DNA of 64,000 nt from Chitinophagaceae bacterium. GTDB lineage: Bacteria > Bacteroidota > Bacteroidia > Chitinophagales > Chitinophagaceae. The translations under genes and the position numbers were made by a program. The notes below the pieces were generated by a model. The model was given only the letters and a program-made list of their open reading frames with translations, ran no database searches and was not told where the DNA came from. This document shows, piece by piece, positions 1-9,451 of this stretch; position 1 is the first letter of the stretch, and the number at the start of each line of letters is the position of its first letter. The DNA lies in contig JAYVUL010000006.1 of the NCBI GenBank assembly GCA_043787935.1, forward strand, positions 1,577 through 65,576, written 5' to 3'.

Positions 1-30
1 TTCTTCCCCCATTAGGTTTTGAGTGTCCAT
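1..30 (-). CDS. 5' end of a gene running off the left edge (MDTQNLMGEE...), product unknown
   Basis: ATG at 30-28 on the minus strand, preceded by A-rich sequence; frame stays open to position 1. Only 10 codons are visible. Confidence 0.35.
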   Translation of the reverse strand, partial: MDTQNLMGEE

Positions 31-292
31 GATAAAAGTTTTTTTAGTGGTTATGAAGATAATTTTTTTTCCCCTTAATTGAAAGCATAAATATTTTCCG
101 TACTTGCAGCATCGGAAAGAAGTGCTTTACATTGAAAATACTGCAGGACTTGTTTGCCTTTTCAATAAACCCCCTTTTAAATTATTGCCAGCATTCAACA
201 GCTGGTTCGGCACAGGCATTTTTACGTATTAGTAACTATTTATTAAGAAGATACTTAGAAAATATTATTGTGATGTGACTCAATAAAATTCC

Positions 293-300
293 TATTTTTG
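293..300 (+). promoter_or_regulatory. Bacteroidota sigma70 -7 element (TAnnTTTG)
   Basis: TATTTTTG about 75 bp upstream of the ATG at 375. Confidence 0.45.
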
Positions 301-374
301 TACATTACATGAAATTAACTCTTTTCCGCCCTGTGTTTTCCACCACCAATTTTAACCCTGATTTAATTTTATTC

Positions 375-2804
375 ATGAATAAGCGATTGTTTACATTAGT
401 TTCCTTCATTGTATTTTTTACGGTTGTTATACAGAATGTAACAGCCCAAATAACAATTCATGGTGTTGTAAAAACAGACGATGATAAATATATTGCCGGG
501 GCAAATGTATTGTTGCTGAATGAAAGGGATTCCCTGTTGGAAAAAGGAACGGTCTCCCGGCCTTCGGGCAGTTTCAGTTTTGAGATCAGCCACCCGGGTA
601 ACTATATTATCAATGCCTCTTTTACCGGGTTTACAACCTACCAGCGCAATACTTTTATTGAGGCAGGTAAAAAAGATATTGATGCGGGAATAATCCAGTT
701 ATCCAAAGCTGCTGTTCAATTGGATGCTGTAACCCTCGTTACCCGAAAGCCCATGTTTGAACAAAAGATCGACCGCATGGTCATTAACGTAAAAAGCAGT
801 ATCACTTCGGCAGGCGGTACCGCATTGGAAGTACTGGAAAAATCACCGGGGGTGGTGGTTAACCGACAGAGCAATTCCATTTCATTGAACGGTAAAGATG
901 GGGTAATGGTGATGATCAATGGAAAAGCAAGCCGCATGCCTGCGGATGCAGTGGTACAGATGCTGAGTGGTATGAATGCCTCCAATATTGAAAAAATTGA
1001 ATTGATTACCACACCACCGGCAAACTTTGATGCAGAAGGCAATGCCGGCTTTATTAATATTGTTATGGCCACCAGTCCCAATAAAGGATTAAATGGCTCC
1101 TATTCTTTAACCATGGGGTATGGCAATGGAATTTCACCCGCCGCCGCCCTCAACGTAAATTACCGCAATAAAAAAATCAATTTGTTTGCCGATTATTCTT
1201 TTACCTGGAGAAACCCGTTACAGGATTGGTATTTTTTTCACCGCTCAATTAGCCAGGGTGTAACCACTGAAAATACGTCACTGACCAACCGGAATATAGA
1301 AGATGGCCAGCACACAGTGCACGCAGGTGCTGATGTGCAGGTAACACCTAAAACAGTGATTGGCATTATTGTGGGGGGATACGACAGTAAGTGGATCATG
1401 AATGCCGAAAATAACCTTTCCATTGTGAAGAATACAGTTCAGGACACAATGGTTTCCATTGTCAATACTGAATTAAATCAATGGAAACATTTTATGGGTA
1501 ATATCAATTTTTCCCATAAGATGAGTGAAGGAGAAACAATTACTGCTGATCTTGATTACCTGTATTACAAGGATAATAACCCCAACAATTATATCAATAA
1601 ATATTTCAGTGGCAATGGAACACCCTTAAGTGAAGAACTCACAAGAAGCGGTAAACTTACTCCTATTACCATTTGGGCCGGTAAAATTGATTATACTAAA
1701 AAGCTGAGCACTAAAGTAAATCTTGAGGCAGGCACCAAACTTGCTTTATCAAAATTTACCAATGACGTGTCTGTAGAAACGCAGGTGCAAAGCAACTGGA
1801 TAAAAGATACCAGCCTTACTTCAAAATATAATTTAAAAGAAAATATTGCAGCTGCATATGCAGCATTCAGCATTGAAGCTACTGCCAAAACAAGCCTTAA
1901 ACTGGGCTTAAGATATGAATACACCAGTTCCAACCTGGGAAGTGCGCTGCGCCAAAATATTGTGGACCGTAAATATGGCAGGTTCTTCCCGAGTGTGTTT
2001 TTAAGCCATAAAATGAACGATAAGAATTCAATCAATTTGTCTTACAGCCGCCGTATTACCCGGCCTACTTTCAAGGATATGGCACCTTTTGTAATATTTA
2101 TTGATCCCTATACTTTCTTTTCGGGCAACAGTGGCCTGCAGCCGGCTTTTTCTGATGTGTACAAAGCAGATTATCTTTTTAAGAGTGTTGTTTTTTCCAT
2201 TTCATATACTGCAGAAGATGGCTCAATCGCAGGTTTTCAACCCAAATCATCTAAGGATAATAAACAGATATATGCTGCTGAAAACCTGGATAATATTAAA
2301 ACAGTCAACATCAGCCTATCACTTCCATTTACCGTTACCAAATGGTGGAACATGCAAAATAATATCCAGGGAAACTGGCAGCAGTTAAATGCCACTTACA
2401 GCAAAGGGCCATTTAGTGTAGAACAGCGAAACTTTAATATCAACAGTTCACAGAATTTTATTTTGCCCCGTAATTACAGCATGGAGCTGTCAGGGTTCTA
2501 CCAGTCTAAAGGTTTGTTTGGTGCAGCCGTTATCAGCAGCCGGGGAGTAGTTAATTTTGGTATGCAGAAAAAATTGGGCGACAATAAAAGCAAATTGAAA
2601 CTGGCTGTTAATAATATTTTTGACGGCGGGGAATTTAGAGGTACAACAGATATTCCTTCCGAAAATATTTACTCTTCCGTTAATCTGCGGTTTATGTTCC
2701 GCACCTTTAAACTCACGTATACATATAATTTTGGCAATAATAAATTAAAGGATAAAAGAGAACGCGGCACTGCCTCTGATGAAGAACAGGGAAGGGTAAA
2801 GTAG
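375..2804 (+). CDS. Outer-membrane beta-barrel / TonB-dependent receptor-like protein (signal peptide, carboxypeptidase-regulatory-like domain, plug, barrel)
   Basis: Signal peptide from MNKRLF (ATG 375 preferred over 309); plug motifs LEVLEKSPGV and IEKIELITTP; barrel strands; YSRRITRP motif; ends SDEEQGRVK, as in the Bacteroidota OMP beta-barrel family. Confidence 0.85.
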   Translation: MNKRLFTLVSFIVFFTVVIQNVTAQITIHGVVKTDDDKYIAGANVLLLNERDSLLEKGTVSRPSGSFSFEISHPGNYIINASFTGFTTYQRNTFIEAGKKDIDAGIIQLSKAAVQLDAVTLVTRKPMFEQKIDRMVINVKSSITSAGGTALEVLEKSPGVVVNRQSNSISLNGKDGVMVMINGKASRMPADAVVQMLSGMNASNIEKIELITTPPANFDAEGNAGFINIVMATSPNKGLNGSYSLTMGYGNGISPAAALNVNYRNKKINLFADYSFTWRNPLQDWYFFHRSISQGVTTENTSLTNRNIEDGQHTVHAGADVQVTPKTVIGIIVGGYDSKWIMNAENNLSIVKNTVQDTMVSIVNTELNQWKHFMGNINFSHKMSEGETITADLDYLYYKDNNPNNYINKYFSGNGTPLSEELTRSGKLTPITIWAGKIDYTKKLSTKVNLEAGTKLALSKFTNDVSVETQVQSNWIKDTSLTSKYNLKENIAAAYAAFSIEATAKTSLKLGLRYEYTSSNLGSALRQNIVDRKYGRFFPSVFLSHKMNDKNSINLSYSRRITRPTFKDMAPFVIFIDPYTFFSGNSGLQPAFSDVYKADYLFKSVVFSISYTAEDGSIAGFQPKSSKDNKQIYAAENLDNIKTVNISLSLPFTVTKWWNMQNNIQGNWQQLNATYSKGPFSVEQRNFNINSSQNFILPRNYSMELSGFYQSKGLFGAAVISSRGVVNFGMQKKLGDNKSKLKLAVNNIFDGGEFRGTTDIPSENIYSSVNLRFMFRTFKLTYTYNFGNNKLKDKRERGTASDEEQGRVK

Positions 2805-3049
2805 CAAATGCAAACCATTGGTTATACAATTTATTGAATAATTTTTTTTATAACATTTTGTATTATTTTACATTAAATTATCTGCTGTAGATATTGAGTT
2901 ATTATTTCCCCGGCTCCTGTGTAAATGTTGTCCAATTCTAATTTGAAAAATTCCTTCTGTTACCGCAAGTATTTGTAAACAATTCTACAGAATTGATTTC
3001 TGTAATCAATCAATGCAACATTTTTTAACATAAAAACAAGGAGGTTATT

Positions 3050-4231
3050 ATGACACAACATTGATTCAAACTGCTGGAAGGAACATTACTTGTTCTATCA
3101 GTTTTTTTTGCCAATGCAATTTTCGCCCAGGGCTTTACGAATTATGATATTTATGTTTTCAGCCAATTGGATGGCAGCACCCGAAGGGTCACCAGCATTC
3201 CCAATGCCGGGGAATACAATGCATCATGGAATAACAATGGAAATAAGATTGCTCATGATGTGGTAGGGTCCATTGCTTCCCCTTATGCTCAATCAATCTT
3301 TGTTACGGATGTTGCTACAGGGATAAGCCAGCCGCTTGCAGGTGGCGAAGGAGGCAACGATGCAGCCTGGTCACCAGATGGCAGCACCATTGCATTTGAT
3401 AATTTCAATTTCTCACCCGGTGGTATTTTCACCGTTCCCGCAGCCGGTGGAACAAGGACCCTGGTAAGGGCAAATGCCTTTCATGCAGCATGGAGCCCCA
3501 AAAATGATGTCATTGCATTCAATGCCTTTGATGGAGCCATTTATGCGAGGGACATTAAAAAAGGCACTGAGGTTTTCGTTACCGGTTATGGCGACAGGGC
3601 AAGTTGGTCTCCCAATGGACAATATATTGCCTTTGATGGATATAGCGGTGGCGTATGGATAATAAAAGTTGATGTTAGTGGTAATCCCCAGGGACTCCCG
3701 GTTCAATTGACTACCTCTGGGTATGGTCCTACCTGGTCTAACAATAGTAAAACGATATATTTTATAAATTATCCTGCAGGGGATCCGGATGTTTGGTCTG
3801 TTCCAGCAGCAGGGGGTACAGCTGTTAGGGTTTGTGGAAGTACCGGTAATTTTGACAGGGGCGATTATGACCCTGCCGCTTCAAATAATGGAAAATATAT
3901 TGCTTTTTCCAGTTATACCAATCCGGCAGCCAGGCCAGTATTACCAGCCACAACCAATGCCGGCTTAAAACAAAATTTTCCCAATCCTTTTACAGGGGAA
4001 ACAAAAATTGGCTTCACCATTGCAGCGCAAAGCCATGTACAGTTAACCGTTTATAATACAATGGGCCAAAAAATACAAACTCTTGTTGACGCCAGCTATA
4101 ATGCAGGCAATTATTCAGTTAACTGGAATGGGAAAGACAATAAGGGGAAACAAATGCCTGCCGGTATCTATCTTTACGATTTAAGACCCGGGGGTAAGTC
4201 AGAAGTGAAAAAGATGAATTTGTGGAAATGA
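3050..4231 (+). pseudogene. TolB-like (PD40 repeat) beta-propeller protein with a FlgD-Ig/T9SS-type C-terminal domain, interrupted by an in-frame TGA at codon 5
   Basis: AAGGAGGT, then ATG ACA CAA CAT TGA TTC AAA CTG...; the same frame continues through a signal peptide (FKLLEGTLLVLSVFFANAIFAQ) into the 3167 ORF; repeated WSPDG/WSPNG motifs; C-terminal NFPNPF...WNGKD...PAGIYLY. Confidence 0.7.
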
Positions 4232-4331
4232 CAGGTGGTGTAATTTTAAAACCCGGCTCAGTAAATTATTTTTGATGCCGGGAATAATTCCCTCAACTCA
4301 TTTGAAAATGAATCAGTTTAAATGCTTTGTC

Positions 4332-4356
4332 GCCGGATCGAAAGATCCGGCTTTTT
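4332..4356 (+). terminator. Rho-independent terminator
   Basis: GCCGGATC-GAAA-GATCCGGC followed by TTTTT. Confidence 0.8.
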
Positions 4357-4459
4357 CATTTTGATACTTACAATCAAAAGGGCCTGCATTTATTACCTTC
4401 CATTAAAATCAGTTGCCCCGGGCAGGTGACTAACCAACAAAATGTAGTCATGCAGGTTT

Positions 4460-4945
4460 TCAATTTTTGATAAAATATTGAAAAATTGAAAGCAAATATT
4501 CCTGTTGTTTAATTATGCTTCGGGCTGATATTTTTTTAAATAACTTTTCATTTTGAAGGGATATGTTTTTCCCTTTCTTTTTAAGCAGTTTTTTTTCATA
4601 AAAATAATATACCCCAACCGGGAACCTTGCTGCAGCCTCATCCCGGGTCATTGATTCCACTTTTACCAGGTTATTGTGGTAGAAATAATAAGTAACAATC
4701 AACACCCTGTTTCCTTCTTCGGTATAAATAGCTTTCAGCAATTGTTTTGTTGTGGTATCTGATCTAAAATCAAACCGGGTATTAAGTGCCCCTTCTTTTT
4801 CCATCAAACTGTAATCATACTGGTAGGTATCCGGAATGTTATTCTGACAAATAATAATGCTGTCAATTTGTGCAGGATCAATTTGCTGGCAACAGCTTTC
4901 TTTTGCTGCTAACAGGGTAAGGAATAAAATGAATTGTTTGTTCAA
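4460..4945 (-). CDS. Hypothetical secreted protein
   Basis: 161-aa ORF with an N-terminal signal-like segment (MNKQFILFLTLLAA); no family recognised. Confidence 0.6.
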   Translation of the reverse strand: MNKQFILFLTLLAAKESCCQQIDPAQIDSIIICQNNIPDTYQYDYSLMEKEGALNTRFDFRSDTTTKQLLKAIYTEEGNRVLIVTYYFYHNNLVKVESMTRDEAAARFPVGVYYFYEKKLLKKKGKNISLQNEKLFKKISARSIIKQQEYLLSIFQYFIKN

Positions 4946-5213
4946 TGAAACGGTTGGTGGTTTACGTAGTTTACTTGCAGTAAGATAGCAGCTTACTTGT
5001 TAAGGTAGCCGTAAAAAGGGTTAAGGGAATTGTAAATGATTTATGCCGTATGGACAGATAAACCGGAGAAGAAATATAAAGCAGCGGTATCTTCTTTTTT
5101 GCCTTATGTTTTTATTTTTTATTCCGGTGCTTTGCAGGAGATACCTGGCTCATATCGGCAGAAAGGCTTTGATATAACATTCCATGTGGCAAATCATTTT
5201 ACAGTAAACCGGT

Positions 5214-6485
5214 TCATTTTAAAAATATGAAATACCCCAGCACCATTACTGTTGCCAACATTAATAACATTGCTGCCATTCCAATTATATTTGAAGCCCG
5301 GTTGTTGCAGTTGGCACCCATGATCTTTTTATTATTACAAACATGCAGTATGATCCCGATTAAAAATGGAGCGGTAATACCATACAGGATGGTGGTAAAA
5401 AGCAATGCTTTCACAGGCCTGATATGCAGCCAGTGCAGGGCTATTCCGAGGCTCATGGCAATACCTATGATGATATAAAACAGCCTTGCTTCTCCCGGTG
5501 ATTTGCTAAGCCCCGACTGGCGGTTAACTGCTTCAGTAAGAATATAAGAAATAGAAGCACTTAATACCGGTATGATCAAAAATCCTGTCCCGATAATTCC
5601 TGCACAAAATAAAACATACGACAGGTTGCCCGCCAGTGGCCTTAATGCAATAGCTGCATCTTTAATGGTGTTGATATTTACAATGCCATTATCGTGAAGT
5701 ATGGTGCCAGTAGTGAGTATGATGAAATACATGATAAGAACGGCGAAAAATGCTCCGGCCAGTATGTCCTTACGCATTAGCCGGATAGAATTATTGTTGC
5801 CTTTTTTCTTATTGTACCCCACCCCAGCCATTGCTTCCACTTCAGCAGTTGCCTGCCAGAAAAATAGGTAAGGAGATATGATGGCACCTGTTAACCCGGT
5901 AACAATTAATAAAAAATCTTTGCCCCCATGAAAAGAGGGAATCAATGAGTGCCTGAGAATCAATGCTGGTTTTTGTGCCATAAGAAAGGGGACTATTAAA
6001 TACACCAGTAAACTCAGGCATACAAATTTCATCACTGCTGCCAGCTTCTTATACGGCAGCCTCAATATCAATATGAACAACAGAATGGTAAATCCGATAC
6101 TGCAATACAAAGGCGCTATGGCAGGAAACAATAAATTGCCGGCCTCTCCCAATACCGCTATATCGGCCCCGATATTCAGCAAAAATGCAGGGCAGGTAAG
6201 TGCAATCACTACATATAATATCCATGATGGATAGTATGTTTTTATTACTCCGGTTATTCCCTTTCCGGTAACAATTCCTATTCGGGCGCACATTTCCTGC
6301 AACACAGCCAGAACAGGATAGGCAAGGATGGCCATCCATAAAGTAGCCTTTCCATAACGTGCACCCGCCTGTGAAAAAGTAGTAATGGCTGAAGGGTCGT
6401 CGTCACTGGCACTGGTGATCAATCCTGGCCCTAGTGTTTTCCAGATCCGGTTTAAGCGGTTAAAAAAGGAGTGCTGCATGCTCAT
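5214..6485 (-). CDS. NRAMP-like divalent metal cation transporter
   Basis: About 11 hydrophobic helices; GPGLITSASDDDPSAITTFSQAGA and GAIISPYLFFWQ motifs. Confidence 0.85.
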   Translation of the reverse strand: MSMQHSFFNRLNRIWKTLGPGLITSASDDDPSAITTFSQAGARYGKATLWMAILAYPVLAVLQEMCARIGIVTGKGITGVIKTYYPSWILYVVIALTCPAFLLNIGADIAVLGEAGNLLFPAIAPLYCSIGFTILLFILILRLPYKKLAAVMKFVCLSLLVYLIVPFLMAQKPALILRHSLIPSFHGGKDFLLIVTGLTGAIISPYLFFWQATAEVEAMAGVGYNKKKGNNNSIRLMRKDILAGAFFAVLIMYFIILTTGTILHDNGIVNINTIKDAAIALRPLAGNLSYVLFCAGIIGTGFLIIPVLSASISYILTEAVNRQSGLSKSPGEARLFYIIIGIAMSLGIALHWLHIRPVKALLFTTILYGITAPFLIGIILHVCNNKKIMGANCNNRASNIIGMAAMLLMLATVMVLGYFIFLK

Positions 6486-6678
6486 GTGGTTAACGATAAA
6501 AAATTATTGTTTTATGGCAGGCAGTTTATTAAATGTAAACAATAATTTTCTTATTTTTTAAGTAATTAATATCTGCTGGTTTCCCGGCAACCATTCTTTA
6601 CTATTCAGCGTACAAACCATTGTCTCTTTTACCCCATTGTTTTCATTAATTAATTATTCATCAAAAAAAATAGCCATC

Positions 6679-7605
6679 ATGAAAAATTTTACTATTCTCC
6701 TTTTGTTTTTATGTTCAGCACTTTGTGCAAAGGCAACCATATTTAATGTGGCGGTTACTAATTTTCAGTTCTCCCCATCCAATATCCCCAACGTGGTAGT
6801 GGGGGATATTATCCGCTTCAATTTTGCTGCGGTCAATTTTCACAATGCTACTTCCACGCCTTTGGGGTCTGTTCCTGCTGGGGCGGCAGATATATTCAGC
6901 GGTACTCCGGGTAGTGTAACTACCTCCTATTCTTATACGGTAACCAAGGCGGGAAACTACCACTATTATTGCGAGATACATAGTGCGAATGGTATTACAG
7001 GCATGGTGGGAAGCTTCACTGCCAGTGGCATTGTGCCGGTGACATTAGTAAATTTTAATGTGAGTTATTCCGACAAAGCAGTTACTGCAACATGGCAAAC
7101 AACAACAGCACAAAACCTTGCTTATTATTCATTGCAAAAAAGCACCGATGCTAATACCTTTACCGAAGCAGGCCGTGTAAATGCAACCGGAAATTCTACA
7201 TCACCTCAATCGTACAGCTTTAAGGACGAAAGGATTGATATGACTGCCCGGTACATTTATTATATGCTTAAAACAGTGAACACTGATGGGAGCTTCAGTT
7301 TGTCGCCGGTAAAGCTGGTTCGAAATGAACAAGCCATTAAAAAACTCATCACCCAAATGGGCCCCAACCCGGTGAGCAAAGCAGCAGGCCACCTGATGTT
7401 CCAGTTTAATGCAGACCGCAACAGCAGCATGAAAACACTGGTGATGGATGCTAATGGAAAAAAGGTGATGAACCTTGAAATGAGCGCCACCAAAGGCATT
7501 AACAACGGGCATATCCACATGGGCGACGAGCCTGCCGGGGTGTATACGATTATTTTTTCACTGGATGGGTTGAAGGAAACGAGGAAGATTGTGGTGGTGG
7601 AATAA
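6679..7605 (+). CDS. Cupredoxin (plastocyanin/azurin-like) domain protein with an Ig-like domain and T9SS type A sorting domain
   Basis: Signal peptide from ATG 6679; type-1 copper ligands FHN...YYCEIH...GMVG; PVTLVNF Ig-like module; CTD GPNP...PAGVYTI...RKIVVVE. Confidence 0.8.
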   Translation: MKNFTILLLFLCSALCAKATIFNVAVTNFQFSPSNIPNVVVGDIIRFNFAAVNFHNATSTPLGSVPAGAADIFSGTPGSVTTSYSYTVTKAGNYHYYCEIHSANGITGMVGSFTASGIVPVTLVNFNVSYSDKAVTATWQTTTAQNLAYYSLQKSTDANTFTEAGRVNATGNSTSPQSYSFKDERIDMTARYIYYMLKTVNTDGSFSLSPVKLVRNEQAIKKLITQMGPNPVSKAAGHLMFQFNADRNSSMKTLVMDANGKKVMNLEMSATKGINNGHIHMGDEPAGVYTIIFSLDGLKETRKIVVVE

Positions 7606-7633
7606 AGTGAGCTGGGAAGATGAATGTTATTAC

Positions 7634-7660
7634 AGCACAGGGTTTTGCTCTGTGCTTTTT
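7634..7660 (+). terminator. Rho-independent terminator after the cupredoxin gene
   Basis: AGCACAGGG-TTTTG-CTCTGTGCT followed by a T run. Confidence 0.65.
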
Positions 7661-7842
7661 ACATTTATTGGAAATTACAACAGTGTTGTTCAATATGCTT
7701 TTTGATACTGGTAAATGTGTTACAAAAATGGAACTGGTGGTGGTTGCTTTTTAATAAGCTGGTAACTAAATATCCAAAAATCCTGCAATTCCTTCTTCAA
7801 AAACTTCCAACTTTCCATTATCTTCAAAACAAAATTGCTGCC

Positions 7843-9327
7843 ATGTCCAAATATATTCTTGCACTCGACCAGGGCACTACCAGTTCCCGTGCCATTGTTT
7901 TTAACCATGCCGGTGAAATAGTGGCGGTTGCACAAAAAGAGTTTACACAAATCTTTCCGCAGCCGGGATGGGTGGAACACGACCCCGTAGAGATATGGAG
8001 TACCCAGTTGGGTGTGGCAGCAGAAGCCATCAGCAAAGCAGGATTGGTAACGGCAGACATTGCGGCCATCGGCATTACCAACCAGCGGGAAACAACTGTA
8101 GTATGGGAAAGGGCTACGGGCAAACCAATCTATAATGCAATAGTGTGGCAGGACAGGCGCACCGCTGCTTTTTGTGATGAACTAAAAGCAAGGGAAGTGG
8201 AAAATGTGATCCGCAATAACACCGGGCTGGTGATAGATGCCTATTTCAGCGGTACCAAAATAAGATGGATACTGGATAATGTTCCAGGTGCAAGAGAAAA
8301 GGCAACTGCAGGACAATTATGCTTTGGCACCATTGATACCTGGCTGCTCTGGAACCTCACTAACGGTACCGTACATGCCACTGATGTTAGCAATGCCAGC
8401 AGAACGATGCTCTGCAATATTCACACCGGGCAATGGGATGGTGACCTGCAGGATATTCTTGGCGTGCCGGGTAATATGCTGCCCACAATTAAAAGCAGCA
8501 GCGAAATTTTTGGATATACTTCGGGCAATTTCAGCAATGCAAAAATCCCCATTGCCGGTATTGCAGGCGATCAGCAGAGTGCTTTGTTTGGCCAGTTGTG
8601 CACTCACCCGGGTATGGTAAAAAATACCTACGGTACCGGTTGCTTTATGCTGATGAATACCGGGGAACAACCGGTGATATCCAAAAACAATTTGCTTACC
8701 ACCATTGCCTGGAAAGTAAATGGTATTACTCAATATGCGCTGGAAGGGAGTGTGTTCATTGCCGGTGCGGTAACGCAATGGTTGAGGGATGGGCTGGGCA
8801 TCATCCGGACTGCTGCGGAAATAGAAACACTGGCTAAACAGGCAGATACTAACGGTGGGGTATACCTTGTCCCTGCATTTGTTGGCCTTGGAGCCCCATA
8901 CTGGAAACAGGATGTAAGGGGGGCCATCACAGGATTAACCAGGGGCTGCACCGCAGCGCATATTGCCAGGGCTGCATTGGAAAGCATAGCCTACCAGACA
9001 ATGGATGTACTGAAAGCGATGGAGAGTGACTCCGGTATTTCGATAAAAGAATTGAGGGTTGATGGTGGTGCTACTGCAAATGACCTGTTGATGCAGTTTC
9101 AAAGTGATATACTGAATACGAAAGTGCTTCGTCCGGTAGTAACAGAAACAACAGCATTGGGTGCTGCTTATTTAGCCGGGCTTGCAGTAGGCTATTGGAA
9201 GAGCGTGGAAGACATACAGCAGCAATGGCAGATTGATAAAGCATTTGAAAGTAAAATGGGTGAGGAAGAAAGAGAGCAGTTAACGAAAGAGTGGCACAGG
9301 GCTGTGCAGGCGGCAATTAGTTATTAG
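7843..9327 (+). CDS. glpK: Glycerol kinase
   Basis: [42 protein letters not shown] and LRVDGGA motifs; ATG 7843 preferred over the 7624 extension. Confidence 0.97.
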   Translation: MSKYILALDQGTTSSRAIVFNHAGEIVAVAQKEFTQIFPQPGWVEHDPVEIWSTQLGVAAEAISKAGLVTADIAAIGITNQRETTVVWERATGKPIYNAIVWQDRRTAAFCDELKAREVENVIRNNTGLVIDAYFSGTKIRWILDNVPGAREKATAGQLCFGTIDTWLLWNLTNGTVHATDVSNASRTMLCNIHTGQWDGDLQDILGVPGNMLPTIKSSSEIFGYTSGNFSNAKIPIAGIAGDQQSALFGQLCTHPGMVKNTYGTGCFMLMNTGEQPVISKNNLLTTIAWKVNGITQYALEGSVFIAGAVTQWLRDGLGIIRTAAEIETLAKQADTNGGVYLVPAFVGLGAPYWKQDVRGAITGLTRGCTAAHIARAALESIAYQTMDVLKAMESDSGISIKELRVDGGATANDLLMQFQSDILNTKVLRPVVTETTALGAAYLAGLAVGYWKSVEDIQQQWQIDKAFESKMGEEEREQLTKEWHRAVQAAISY

Positions 9328-9334
9328 TGTTATG

Positions 9335-9421
9335 TCACGCAAAGACACAAAGTGAAGAATAAGATGCAAAGGTTTATTGCACAATTTCTTTGCTGCTTTG
9401 CCTCCGGGCGTCTTTGCGTGA
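9335..9421. repeat. Hairpin element with CAAAG/CTTTG arms at the glpK-glpD junction
   Basis: Perfect 12-bp terminal inverted repeat TCACGCAAAGAC / GTCTTTGCGTGA with repeated internal CAAAG and CTTTGC units. Confidence 0.75.
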
Positions 9422-9451
9422 ACAACCTTTGCTTGAAAATTTCTAAAAACC

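Noticed and set aside
3062-3064. Alternative genetic code or selenocysteine readthrough (two in-frame TGAs, at 3062 and ~31441)
   Set aside because: TGA is a normal stop for rsmH, ftsL, ftsI, ftsZ and others, and Trp is encoded by TGG throughout; no Sec-type context
6486-6678. Mn-sensing yybP-ykoY riboswitch upstream of the NRAMP-like gene
   Set aside because: The region is very AT-rich and I could not see the conserved riboswitch helices or loop motifs; an Rfam search would confirm
7624-7842. 73-aa N-terminal extension of GlpK
   Set aside because: Runs through the upstream terminator and promoter region; the conserved protein starts at ATG 7843
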